Assembly: GCA_964386765.1 (NCBI GenBank) | Contig: CAYLUC010000002.1 | Coordinates: 2,202 to 66,201 of the forward strand | Length of the DNA stretch: 64,000 nucleotides | Direction of reading: 5' to 3' | Source of the DNA: an uncultured Candidatus Poseidoniales archaeon | Lineage (GTDB): Archaea; Thermoplasmatota; Poseidoniia; Poseidoniales; Thalassarchaeaceae | Part shown: positions 1-8,509 of the stretch, piece by piece | How positions within the stretch are numbered: position 1 is the stretch's first letter | Layout of the letters: every line of letters starts with the position of its first letter | Position numbers and translations under genes: made by a program | Notes under the pieces: generated by a model | Told to the model about the DNA's origin: nothing | What the model saw: only the letters and a program-made list of their open reading frames with translations | Databases searched by the model: none

Positions 1-49
1 ATGGATGAGGACGGCAGGCTAACTGGGGTCTTCGGTTAGGAGTGATGAA

Positions 50-1102
50 ATGCGCCGAATAAAGCGCCTAGAAGAGGGAGTTCGACTAAGGGTCGAGGAC
101 GAGGACGACCTCTGGGTAATTGCTCAGATGTGCAGGCCTTCTTCACTCGTTGGCATGCTCTCCCACCGCAGGGACTCAACCACCGGAACAAAGGAAGATG
201 GAAGGGCCAAGAGCGCAGAGAGAAAGCCGATGTGGATTGTACTGGAAGTTCAGGAGAACTCGTTCCAGTCTTTCACCGACAACCTGAGGGTGCACGGGGT
301 GATCACCGAGGCCAAGATCGACATAGGCAGTCATCACACTCATGTCATATCCCCCGGTGATGAGGTAGAGATTTCCCGAGAGGGCGGCCTACCAAGGGCC
401 GATATGAACCTGCTAAAGGAAGCACTGGCGGCAGGATCTAGGGCCAAGGCCGGGCTCATTGTGGTCGAATCCGATGAGGTCCTCATCTTCGAGGTAACAG
501 CTAGGGGAATTAGAGACGTATCGCAATTCTCGATGAGGGGGGGCGGGAAAAGGGCGGATGACTCCACGGGGGTCCGTCGCGGATTCTCCGAGGGAGTCGC
601 CAAGGAGGTCAAAATGGTCTTCCCCGAAAACATGCCCCTGGTAATATGCGGACCCGGAATGGCAAGGGAGGGATTCGAGAAGAACCTGAGGAGTCTCGGT
701 GCCAAGAACACCATCACCAACGCTCCAACTTCGATAGGCGGCAGAGCTGCAGCCAATGAGGTCCTGGCCGAGGGCGCTGCCGACTCGGTCCTCGGGGAAC
801 ACGCCCTCGTGAAGGAAGTCAGGGCGATAGAGGAGGCAATGACTAGGATGTCGACCGATGGGGCCGTCGCATTCGGGGAAGTTCCAATCTCAGAGGCAGC
901 CTCACAAGGCGCGATTGAGACGCTTGTCATCGTTGCTTCGATGCTGAGAGAGGGAGAAAGCAAATCTGACTGGGAGTCAATAGTGAGGGAAGTTGAGTCA
1001 TCCCGTGGCTCAGTCATACAGGCCTCAATTGACCACGATGCAGGTCAGCAACTCGTTGGAATGGGAGGGGCTATCGCCCTCCTTAGGTGGAAGTTGGACT
1101 AG
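50..1102 (+). CDS. pelA: Pelota (Dom34-like) translation/mRNA surveillance factor
   Basis: 350 aa. The N-terminal motif (VEDEDDLWVIAQM) and eRF1-like central and C-terminal domains match archaeal Pelota, and there is no GGQ motif. Consistent codon usage, with no competing frame. Confidence 0.85.
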   Translation: MRRIKRLEEGVRLRVEDEDDLWVIAQMCRPSSLVGMLSHRRDSTTGTKEDGRAKSAERKPMWIVLEVQENSFQSFTDNLRVHGVITEAKIDIGSHHTHVISPGDEVEISREGGLPRADMNLLKEALAAGSRAKAGLIVVESDEVLIFEVTARGIRDVSQFSMRGGGKRADDSTGVRRGFSEGVAKEVKMVFPENMPLVICGPGMAREGFEKNLRSLGAKNTITNAPTSIGGRAAANEVLAEGAADSVLGEHALVKEVRAIEEAMTRMSTDGAVAFGEVPISEAASQGAIETLVIVASMLREGESKSDWESIVREVESSRGSVIQASIDHDAGQQLVGMGGAIALLRWKLD

Positions 1103-1136
1103 GAACACTCATCACCGCGCTCCTCGGGCATCCGCC

Positions 1137-1787
1137 ATGGCACAAGGGGTCGGAATGGTTGCATTCGGCAGGCCAGACGGGGCCGACCCGGCATCAAGGG
1201 TGCTTGTACATGCAGTCCGTGCCGGTGCCGAGGGAAGGCACGTCTCATCATCTGGGGAGGAGGAATTCCACTCAATGGACCACGGTGCAATTGACTGGAG
1301 GGATGTACTTGACTCGACCCATTGGCTGGTAAACTCATCCGACATTGCCCTAGAGGGCGAGCCTCCGAGGTTGGCTTGGGCCGCTGCAATGACATTCGCC
1401 GAACTCGAGGGAAGCAAAACGGTGATGGTGGTATCAAATCCGCCCAACCCGGACTTGATTGACCAATCATGGGGCGCAGTGGTTGGAAAGATCAGGCAGA
1501 TTCACGTTATGTTCCTCGACTCGGAAGTCCTTGGGCCGATATCGGGGATTGAGGGCGTTGACAAGGATGGACTGCTAAGGGAAATTAGATTGAAGGGAAT
1601 GGTCCCCATCGTGTGCACATATGACCCCGTTACGGGTCTGGCAAGAGTGGAGCACTCCACGGGCTCCGTGAAAGAAAGCGTGGCTAGGGGGCTCAGTCCC
1701 GCAGAGTGGTTGTCGGGATTCCTGTGCAGACTTCCAGAAACTGGCCCCGGGGAAGAGGGCATCAGAAGAGCAACGGCGCCGGAGTAA
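1137..1787 (+). CDS. hypothetical protein, about 216 aa, with the start trimmed to the first ATG downstream of the pelota stop
   Basis: Long open frame 993..1787. Its 5' part overlaps the pelota 3' end, so the start is placed at ATG 1137 (MAQGVGMVAFGRPDG...). Coding-like composition but no recognisable family. Confidence 0.4.
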   Translation: MAQGVGMVAFGRPDGADPASRVLVHAVRAGAEGRHVSSSGEEEFHSMDHGAIDWRDVLDSTHWLVNSSDIALEGEPPRLAWAAAMTFAELEGSKTVMVVSNPPNPDLIDQSWGAVVGKIRQIHVMFLDSEVLGPISGIEGVDKDGLLREIRLKGMVPIVCTYDPVTGLARVEHSTGSVKESVARGLSPAEWLSGFLCRLPETGPGEEGIRRATAPE

Positions 1788-1802
1788 TTCCAGTTCGGGG
1801 GC

Positions 1803-1815
1803 GTTTTTTGCCTTA
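1803..1815 (+). terminator. oligo-T tract (GGGGGCGTTTTTTGCC) just after the stop of the 1137..1787 ORF; possible archaeal-type terminator
   Basis: A six-T run directly follows a G-rich stretch 15 bp after the stop codon. Archaeal intrinsic termination uses oligo-T tracts. Confidence 0.25.
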
Positions 1816-1874
1816 ATGGCAGAGACCCCTTTTGAAGGGGCACCCATTCGGCGCGACCCGCGGGGGACTAAGGG

Positions 1875-2981
1875 ATGCCACTCAGACTAGGTCCAGCGGG
1901 CGTTCCGCTGTCATGTAAGGGGAGAACTATCGTAGAGGGTATGGACGACATCACATCCCTCGGACTAGAGGCGATGGAGATTCAGACAGTGAGGCCTGTT
2001 CAGCCAAAGCACTTCGACCAATACTGGCAGGCAGGCATACTTTCGTGGGATTCCGGAATCGAGATGAACCTACACGGCCCTTACTATGCAGAGCTCCTAG
2101 GCAAGCGTAGGGAGAGAAATCGTTCTCTCGCTAAGATGGAAGCCTCCATGCAGGCAGGGAAGGTCATCAATGCCAGGCACCTTGTGTACCACGTCGGCCC
2201 ATACGGCGAGTACGATCCCGGGAAAGAGGCGAATGAGCAAGTCGCGAACGTCTTTGCGGGGATAGTCGACAGGGTCCAGAGCATTTGGGGCGATCAGGAT
2301 GAGGAGGCATATTCGGCATTCCCTTGGATTGAGAAGATGGAGCCATCACTGGTCGGGATAGAGACTTCTGGCCGTCAGGAGCTATGGGGCACCGTCGATG
2401 AGGTCCTCGAGGTGTGCAACCACGTAGAGGGGACCGTCCCTGTATTGAACATGGCCCACATTCACGCGAGGGGACATGGGAGCATGAGGACCAGCGAGGA
2501 CTATGCAGAGCTCTTCGACAAGGTAAGGGAGACATACGGGGGTAGCAAGTTCTACTGTCACTTTGCAGGGATAGAGCACAGAATGGGCAACGCACTCCAC
2601 TATACGCAGATCAAGAAGTCGGACCTGAAGTTCGAGCCATTTGCGGAATACCTTGCAGAGGAAGGGGACTGGATGGATATCACAATAATCTCTGACTCCC
2701 CACTTCTGGAACATGACGCCATGTACATGATGCAGCACTATGACAAGGCTAGGCAGCGACTCCTGGAGATCAGGGCCCGTGATGAGCGTAGAGTCAAACT
2801 AGCCCATGAACGAGGACTAACGCCAGAAGAGCTAGAGCTGTTGGAGGCAGAGGTCGCCGAGGCACGCAAGAATCTCGATGATTCGCCAGAGGCGGAAAAG
2901 AAGCAGGCGAAGACACCTACGAAGGCCACTGGCGGCATGATGTCATTCGACGACAAAGCGGACGAAGATGACGTATTTTGA
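1875..2981 (+). CDS. AP endonuclease family 2 / endonuclease IV-like TIM-barrel protein with a long charged C-terminal extension
   Basis: Several motifs align to Nfo/EndoIV from memory. These are GPAGVPLS (EndoIV: GAHVS), LVYHVGPY (EndoIV: LNFHPGSH), GIETSGRQ (EndoIV: IENTAGQG), and the His-rich MAHIHARGHG and CHFAGIEH. The last 90 aa or so are Lys/Glu/Asp-rich and end in ...DEDDVF. Confidence 0.55.
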   Translation: MPLRLGPAGVPLSCKGRTIVEGMDDITSLGLEAMEIQTVRPVQPKHFDQYWQAGILSWDSGIEMNLHGPYYAELLGKRRERNRSLAKMEASMQAGKVINARHLVYHVGPYGEYDPGKEANEQVANVFAGIVDRVQSIWGDQDEEAYSAFPWIEKMEPSLVGIETSGRQELWGTVDEVLEVCNHVEGTVPVLNMAHIHARGHGSMRTSEDYAELFDKVRETYGGSKFYCHFAGIEHRMGNALHYTQIKKSDLKFEPFAEYLAEEGDWMDITIISDSPLLEHDAMYMMQHYDKARQRLLEIRARDERRVKLAHERGLTPEELELLEAEVAEARKNLDDSPEAEKKQAKTPTKATGGMMSFDDKADEDDVF

Positions 2982-3037
2982 TTGCCATCTTCGCCTCAGA
3001 AGCCTTGAAGCCACAATCACACTCGCGAGAGTGCTAC

Positions 3038-3113
3038 GGGACTGTAGCTCAGCTGGGAGAGCGCCGCACTGAAGATGCGGAGGCCGCTGGTTCAAGTCCG
3101 GCCAGTCCCACCA
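3038..3113 (+). tRNA. tRNA-Phe (anticodon GAA) with genomically encoded 3' CCA
   Basis: Cloverleaf GGGACTG / TA / GCTC-AGCTGGGA-GAGC / G / CCGCA-CTGAAGA-TGCGG / AGGCC / GCTGG-TTCAAGT-CCGGC / CAGTCCC / A-CCA. Anticodon loop CTGAAGA. The 7-bp acceptor stem is perfectly paired. Confidence 0.9.
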
Positions 3114-3133
3114 TTTATCGATTGCCAGAGGTC

Positions 3134-3994
3134 TCAGTTTACCCCGTCAAGAGTCTCGGTTTGAATGCGGTGCAGCTTACCTATTCCAACCGTGGCTGCA
3201 TCGATAAGGGAGTCAAGCTCCGCTCTCGTGTAGGTTGCCTCCTCACCAGTCCCTTGGACCTCGACGAATCCCCCATCACTAGTCATGACTACGTTCATAT
3301 CGACGTCGGCATTGCTGTCGAGGATGTAGTCGAGATCAGTCATCACATTGCCACCAACCATCCCGACAGAGAGGGCGGCTACATCATTCGTCATCACTGA
3401 GCTCTCGTGACTTGCACGCTCATCGGGGGACAATTCTGGGGCAGTCCACCCGTTGGATATCTCCTCCTTAGTAGGGCGCATTTCTACGGGCAGGCACTCG
3501 CCCGAATCGATGAGCCTGCGTACTGCCAGCCGTAGGCCAATGTTAGCAGCCGTAATTGATGCGCACCTGGTTCCCCCGTCAGCGTTCAGTATGTCGCAAT
3601 CTACTGTCAGTGCTATGGGCCCGAGAGCCTCCAGGTCAACAGCCCCCCTTAGGGACCTAGCAACCAAGCGCTCGATTTCCATGGTCCTTCCCTTGGCGCC
3701 GCTTCTTTCTCTCCGGAATCTGGAATCGGTAGATCCTGGAAGCAGCGAGTACTCAGCGTGAACCCATCCTCTGTTGGAGTTCCGAGGAAACCACCGGGGG
3801 AGGGAGGGGGCCTTTGTTACACAAACGAGAACGATCGTATCTCCCTGGCGGTAGAGTAGCGATGCCAGAGCGTTGGGAGTGAAGTCCAATGTTACGTGTA
3901 TTTCTCTAAGCTCATCGTTCTCTCTCCCAGTGGAGACGTCCCCTGACTTCATCTTCGCCATGTACTCGCGACCATAGGCCCCTTGTTGAATCAT
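3134..3994 (-). CDS. rph: Ribonuclease PH (bacterial-type Rph)
   Basis: GWVHAEYSLLPGST, GRTMEIERLVARSLRGAVDL, TVDCDILNADGGTRCASITAA and VDMNVVMTSDGGFVEVQGTGE match E. coli Rph nearly motif for motif. The start at 3994 makes an ATGA overlap with the upstream mogA stop. Internal ATGs at 3961 and 3952 (MAKMKSG...) would give an N-terminus closer to Rph. Confidence 0.85.
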   Translation of the reverse strand: MIQQGAYGREYMAKMKSGDVSTGRENDELREIHVTLDFTPNALASLLYRQGDTIVLVCVTKAPSLPRWFPRNSNRGWVHAEYSLLPGSTDSRFRRERSGAKGRTMEIERLVARSLRGAVDLEALGPIALTVDCDILNADGGTRCASITAANIGLRLAVRRLIDSGECLPVEMRPTKEEISNGWTAPELSPDERASHESSVMTNDVAALSVGMVGGNVMTDLDYILDSNADVDMNVVMTSDGGFVEVQGTGEEATYTRAELDSLIDAATVGIGKLHRIQTETLDGVN

Positions 3995-4542
3995 TCGCGC
4001 CTAGCATGAGGGGGGCGGAAGGAGTCCACGACGTCTGTATTGGTCACAATGTATGGTCCTCCGATCAGGTCGACGCAGTATGGTACCGCAGCAAATACCT
4101 CATCCAGTATCTCCCTTATTGACCGAGGTGAGCCAGGGAGATTGATGACCAGTGAGGACCCCCTAACTCCTGCAATTTGCCTGGATAGGATGGCAGTTGG
4201 AACGTACCTCATTGAAATCGACCTCATGTGCTCCCCAAACCCCGGCAGAATCTTGTCACACACCGATTCAGTGGCATCAGGGGTGATGTCCCTAGGGGCC
4301 GGACCGGTCCCGCCAGTGGTAATTACGACTGAGCACCCCTCATTATCGACAAGATCCTTGATCGCTCCCTCCACCAGCATTTTCTCATCAGGCACTACTC
4401 TCCTGATGGACTCCCATGGTGAGGCGATTGCATCCTCCAGGAATCCCACTATCGCAGGCCCGCTCTTGTCTTCGTATTCCCCCGAACTAGCCCTATCTGA
4501 TGACGTGAGTATCCCGAACTTACACGGAACGCCTGTGGACAT
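3991..4542 (-). CDS. mogA: Molybdenum cofactor biosynthesis protein MogA/MoaB family (molybdopterin adenylyltransferase)
   Basis: 183 aa. GILTSSDRAS..GEYEDKSGP, VITTGGTGPAPRDITPDA, ILPGFGE and SLVINLPGSP are hallmark MogA/MoaB motifs. Confidence 0.85.
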   Translation of the reverse strand: MSTGVPCKFGILTSSDRASSGEYEDKSGPAIVGFLEDAIASPWESIRRVVPDEKMLVEGAIKDLVDNEGCSVVITTGGTGPAPRDITPDATESVCDKILPGFGEHMRSISMRYVPTAILSRQIAGVRGSSLVINLPGSPRSIREILDEVFAAVPYCVDLIGGPYIVTNTDVVDSFRPPHARRE

Positions 4543-4778
4543 GCCCTAGGACGGGGGGCCTCCACGATTAACGCCGCCGGTTGAAATTGTCATTATCGGG
4601 GACACCTTCAAGAACCGCCGAGATAAACCTACCCTGCTTGAGGTGATGAAGTGCTGAGTCTTCCCCAAACCGCACACAGGAAAAATCCCCGTGCATCGCC
4701 TAGCCCAGCCCCCTCAGGGGCTGACGCTACGTCGACTCGAGTTTACTCAGCATATCGTCAGTAGGCGGAGTTGAGAAA

Positions 4779-6503
4779 ATGAGTGATGATGGAAAATATG
4801 CTGCACAGGTAGCTATGGTGAAGGAAGAATGCAAGGATGCCGATGAAGGTGAAATAGCCAAGGAATTCAAGAGGTATGAGGAGGAGTTCCTGATACCTCC
4901 TGGGGACGCATTAAGGTCCGTTATGAGGAAATTCCAGACAGAGGCGGGAATTGAAGTTACAAGCTCATCCTCGCCATCCACGCAACAGGCGGTGGAGAAG
5001 AAGGTAGAACGTTTCTCGGATCTGAACTCCGACGACAGGAACGTCACCATCGAGGTCGCGGTAATTTCCTACACCCCAAGGATGCAGAAAATGAAATCCG
5101 GGGAGGAGAGAAGGATAGCCTTCGGATGGATTGAGGATAATCCTTGGGAATCTAGCGACAAGAGGGAGCGTTGGGACTACAAGGACTGGGGCGACAAGAG
5201 CAAGGATCTGACGCCAGGCTCAATAGTCAGGCTCGAGGGCGTCTCCGTGAATGAATGGAATGAAAAGCGCTCAATCAACGTAAATAGCACGTCTCGCGTT
5301 ACCACACTCAAAGAGGGTGGTTCAGCAGTCCATCAGCCATCAGACGAACCCCTGACCATAGAGAAAGCATCAGCGACTGAGGGTTTTGTCAACCTCGTGG
5401 CAAGGGTCGTTTCCACAAAGCCCGATGTGATTGTGAAGAGGGACGGATCTGGCCAACTAAATGTCGTCAGAGGGAGGCTTGCAGACTCCACGGGGAGCAT
5501 CAGTATGCTTTCATGGGCTGATTTTGATTATGAGCCCGGCTCTTTGGTTAGAATAGAGGGTGCAACGATAAGGAGGTTCAGGGAAACTCCAGAGGTAAAC
5601 ATCAGTGATTCAACCACCGTCGAGGTCTATCACGACAATTCCTTTGCGAGCCTAGATCAGCTTTCTTCGTCCGTGAAGAGTAACATTTCCGATCTTAGGA
5701 ACGGGATGAGGGACGTTGAGATAACCCTGCAGGTTGAGACATGGAATCAGAGGTCGTTCACATCCAAGGATGGTACTGAGAGGGTCGTCCGAAGCGGCGA
5801 TGTGATGGATCCAACTGGACGTTGCAGGCTTACTGCTTGGTGTGATTTCGACCCGAAGCCCGGCGATTTCATCCACCTGAAGGAGGCCCGTGTTCAATCG
5901 TGGCAAGGCTCCCCTGATCTAGTAATAGACGACATCACCCAAGCTACGAATCTGGAAAACCCTGCTTGGGAGCAGATTGATCCGGAGGATCACTGGGTCG
6001 ACGTCGAACTTACCGATTTAGTGAGTGGTGGAACTAGAAGGGGGATAAGGACCAGTGGGACGATAGTCTTCGTTACCAACGACTCCGGCATAATAGAAAG
6101 GTGCCCTGAAACACTGCCTGACGGAAATAGAAAATGCCGGAAGAGGCTCAGGGACGGAAGTTGCATCGATCATGGAGCACAGAGAGGAGAGGAGGACTTG
6201 AGGATTCGGCTCGTTCTCGACAATGGTGTTTCGAACGTTTCTCTGCTGCTGTCGAAAGAGCCAGCGGAAGCCTTCCTCAAGATGTCACAGGCCGACGTTA
6301 CAGAGAAGATTTCCAAGGACGGCCAGGAGTTGTTCTTGGCGTCCATCAGGGAAGAGTCCCTCGGGAGGAAGGTTAGAGTAAACGGCCTGGCCCTTATCGA
6401 TGACCAAGGCGCAATGATACTAGCCGACAGCGCCACCTTGGATCAGGCCTCTGCTTCAGAAGCAGCTAATCACGTAATGCAGAAGTGGGAGGTGGCACTA
6501 TGA
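4779..6503 (+). CDS. rpa1: Replication protein A large subunit (RPA1-like ssDNA-binding protein, multiple OB folds plus zinc ribbon)
   Basis: 574 aa. Three to four OB-fold repeats, for example VNLVARVVSTKPDVIVKRDGSGQLNVVRGRLADSTGSISMLSWADF. A C-terminal Cys cluster (CPETLPDGNRKCRKRLRDGSCIDHG) is typical of RPA70-like zinc OB domains. There is an extra N-terminal domain of about 90 aa. Confidence 0.85.
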   Translation: MSDDGKYAAQVAMVKEECKDADEGEIAKEFKRYEEEFLIPPGDALRSVMRKFQTEAGIEVTSSSSPSTQQAVEKKVERFSDLNSDDRNVTIEVAVISYTPRMQKMKSGEERRIAFGWIEDNPWESSDKRERWDYKDWGDKSKDLTPGSIVRLEGVSVNEWNEKRSINVNSTSRVTTLKEGGSAVHQPSDEPLTIEKASATEGFVNLVARVVSTKPDVIVKRDGSGQLNVVRGRLADSTGSISMLSWADFDYEPGSLVRIEGATIRRFRETPEVNISDSTTVEVYHDNSFASLDQLSSSVKSNISDLRNGMRDVEITLQVETWNQRSFTSKDGTERVVRSGDVMDPTGRCRLTAWCDFDPKPGDFIHLKEARVQSWQGSPDLVIDDITQATNLENPAWEQIDPEDHWVDVELTDLVSGGTRRGIRTSGTIVFVTNDSGIIERCPETLPDGNRKCRKRLRDGSCIDHGAQRGEEDLRIRLVLDNGVSNVSLLLSKEPAEAFLKMSQADVTEKISKDGQELFLASIREESLGRKVRVNGLALIDDQGAMILADSATLDQASASEAANHVMQKWEVAL

Positions 6504-7444
6504 TGGGGGGTCAGAGAAGAGTCAGGCAAAGCGCAATCAGGATGCTAGCAAGGGAATACTCAGACTCCTCCTTGACCGAGGTAGGGGCAGGGGAATTCGA
6601 CCCGTCCTTCGTAGTCACCAAGCTAGGGGCAAGAATCAACAGAGCGCTAGTCGGAGGGGTGATTGACAGGATGGAAAGGAGGGATGGAGACAACGGTCCA
6701 AGCTACTCCGGCACACTCAGAGACCCAACCGGAAGTCACGTATTCAACATCGCTCCTTTCCAGCCGGAGCTCCATTCAGATGCCGAGGAACTCCTTGCAA
6801 GGTTCGAGTCCGGTGATAGATTCTTGATGATACTAGTCGGGCGCTCTAGGTGGTTCGAACAAGAGGATGGGGGGGTCTTCATGTCCCTGAGGGCAGAGCA
6901 GTTCACTGTTTGTGACAAGGAGACCTACTCATTGTGGCTAGTCGATGCAGCAGACTCAACTCTCCGTAGACTGGATGCGTACGAGAAGTCCATTGGCATT
7001 GATCCAGATCACAATTCCATGGAGGCAGCAGGCGTCCCCTCTGACCTAATCAGGGGGCTAATCTCGGCTCGAGAACACTACCCAGAGTTCGATAGCGAAA
7101 ATTACCAGGTTGGAGTTCTTCAAGCACTATCCGCAGCTTCGGGGAGATCCAACCTAATTCAAGAAGCACCCGAACCACCCGGAGAATCCGGTAACGACAA
7201 GGATGATGCGGGAATCGGTGCAGTTCCTCCAATAGAGCCAACTGGAGACCTCCATGGAACCATAATCGCGACAATCAAAGCTAGAGACTCTGGAGAGGGC
7301 GTGGAGTACGACTCAATCATACTCTCATGCGTCGAATCCGGATTCTCGAGAGAAGATGCGGAAGACGCATTGGAGAGCCTTAGGGAGGTCGAGGGATCGA
7401 TAATTGAGCCGAGATTCGGCTTCTTCAGGATACTCCCATCCTAA
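6500..7444 (+). CDS. RPA-associated OB-fold protein (putative RPA second subunit)
   Basis: Translationally coupled to rpa1 by an ATGA overlap at 6500-6503. The N-terminal OB-like region is FVVTKLGARINRALVGGVIDRMERRDG...TLRDPTGSHVFNIAPF. This matches the rpa1 plus RPA-associated protein pair conserved in euryarchaea. Confidence 0.55.
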   Translation: MMGGQRRVRQSAIRMLAREYSDSSLTEVGAGEFDPSFVVTKLGARINRALVGGVIDRMERRDGDNGPSYSGTLRDPTGSHVFNIAPFQPELHSDAEELLARFESGDRFLMILVGRSRWFEQEDGGVFMSLRAEQFTVCDKETYSLWLVDAADSTLRRLDAYEKSIGIDPDHNSMEAAGVPSDLIRGLISAREHYPEFDSENYQVGVLQALSAASGRSNLIQEAPEPPGESGNDKDDAGIGAVPPIEPTGDLHGTIIATIKARDSGEGVEYDSIILSCVESGFSREDAEDALESLREVEGSIIEPRFGFFRILPS

Positions 7445-8424
7445 TTGGCATCGGGTTTCTCAAGGACTCTCTGGGCCCCTCGCATGGTTTCCTTTATCCT
7501 GGTCCTGGATACGCTGCTGCTCACCTCTTCACGAAGGATATTCCGGGACTGCTCTATTCCAAACTCCCCCAGTCTGGCCCCCTTTATTTCTGCCATGTCT
7601 GTGGCAACTCTTGACACTCTAGTTCTGACTGCTTCATCTTCTATTGGCCAACCTCTCCTAATCGCTAGCCTCAGGATCAATTCCTTCTGAGCTTCCCCCC
7701 ATCTTCCACCATGTCCCCTGAGGATTGTTCCGACCATTCTTTCTAGGTCGCCAATCTTAGATACCACGAATTTTAGGTCGGTTTGAACATCCTGCTCGAG
7801 CCTCTCAGAGCCCATGATGATCGCGTCAGCGGCATCCTCGAGAACTGCTTGAGGGGCCACCTCGTGAAAGTCGGAGTCGACCTCCAATGGAGCGTCTTCA
7901 ATTGAAACAGGGGCAACATCCAGACTCCCTTCCTCTCTCTTCTCCGCGGCATCTGGAATTCCGTTTCTCCTGAGGCTCCTCTTTATCCTGCCCCATCCAT
8001 TCAGCTGATTGGTCAGCACTCCAGCGACCCTCCCCATCAGAACAGTGCGGTTCCCGGTGAGTGGGCTCTCGAGCCTCACGCACATCTCATGCAGGTCGTC
8101 CCTGTCCATCTCAGCGAGTTTTTCTATCGTCATTCTCCTTGAGTCGAAGTTCAAGTGGAGCCATAGGCGCTGCCTCCTTTCCCTCTGTGATCCAGAAGAT
8201 TTGACTCCGAAAATCTTCAGCACTTCCCCCAGGTCTCTATGGGACATTGACTGGATTCCGTCCCACGAAAGATCAAGATCGGGGAGTACTAGGTGGTGAA
8301 TCAGCCTGGCCCTTAGGACTTCTACGGACCCACCCTTCGAGATGCCCAGCCCTTCGGCCCTCTCCCTGAGTTCAACCAGCCTGCCCCTGTAGAGGGCGTC
8401 CAGTACATACATGTCGTAATCCAT
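7441..8424 (-). CDS. hypothetical protein with N-terminal tandem SAP-like helix-extended-helix motifs
   Basis: 327 aa. LVELRERAEGLGISKGGSVEVLRARLIHHL resembles the SAP DNA-binding motif, and a second similar segment follows. The rest has no recognisable family. It is convergent with the RPA-associated gene, with a 4-bp overlap. Confidence 0.5.
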   Translation of the reverse strand: MDYDMYVLDALYRGRLVELRERAEGLGISKGGSVEVLRARLIHHLVLPDLDLSWDGIQSMSHRDLGEVLKIFGVKSSGSQRERRQRLWLHLNFDSRRMTIEKLAEMDRDDLHEMCVRLESPLTGNRTVLMGRVAGVLTNQLNGWGRIKRSLRRNGIPDAAEKREEGSLDVAPVSIEDAPLEVDSDFHEVAPQAVLEDAADAIIMGSERLEQDVQTDLKFVVSKIGDLERMVGTILRGHGGRWGEAQKELILRLAIRRGWPIEDEAVRTRVSRVATDMAEIKGARLGEFGIEQSRNILREEVSSSVSRTRIKETMRGAQRVLEKPDAN

Positions 8425-8509
8425 AGTGCCCTCAAACCTCCTCCGACATCACTACATGATATCGCTTCCGTGTCGCTAGGAGTCGGAATGCGTATTTTAC
8501 GGGCCACAT

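Noticed and set aside
340-1017. 225-aa and 129-aa minus-strand ORFs inside pelota
   Set aside because: They are antisense to a well-supported conserved gene. High GC produces long open antisense frames.
993-1787. Full-length 264-aa ORF beginning inside pelota
   Set aside because: Its 5' 110 bp overlap the pelota coding end in another frame. The gene, if real, is trimmed to the ATG at 1137. Other ORFs on the opposite strand here (1099..1470, 1112..1447, 1502..1843, 1575..1847) are typical GC-rich antisense artefacts.
2978-3400. 140-aa plus-strand ORF
   Set aside because: It runs straight through the tRNA-Phe gene and is antisense to rph. It is spurious.
4040-4549. 169-aa plus ORF
   Set aside because: It is antisense to mogA and has no homology.
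4640-4730. Possible C/D-box sRNA (GTGATGA ... CTGA ... CTGA) in the mogA / rpa1 spacer
   Set aside because: The C box and the first CTGA are only 4 nt apart, and there is no C' box or terminal stem. It does not fit box C/D architecture.
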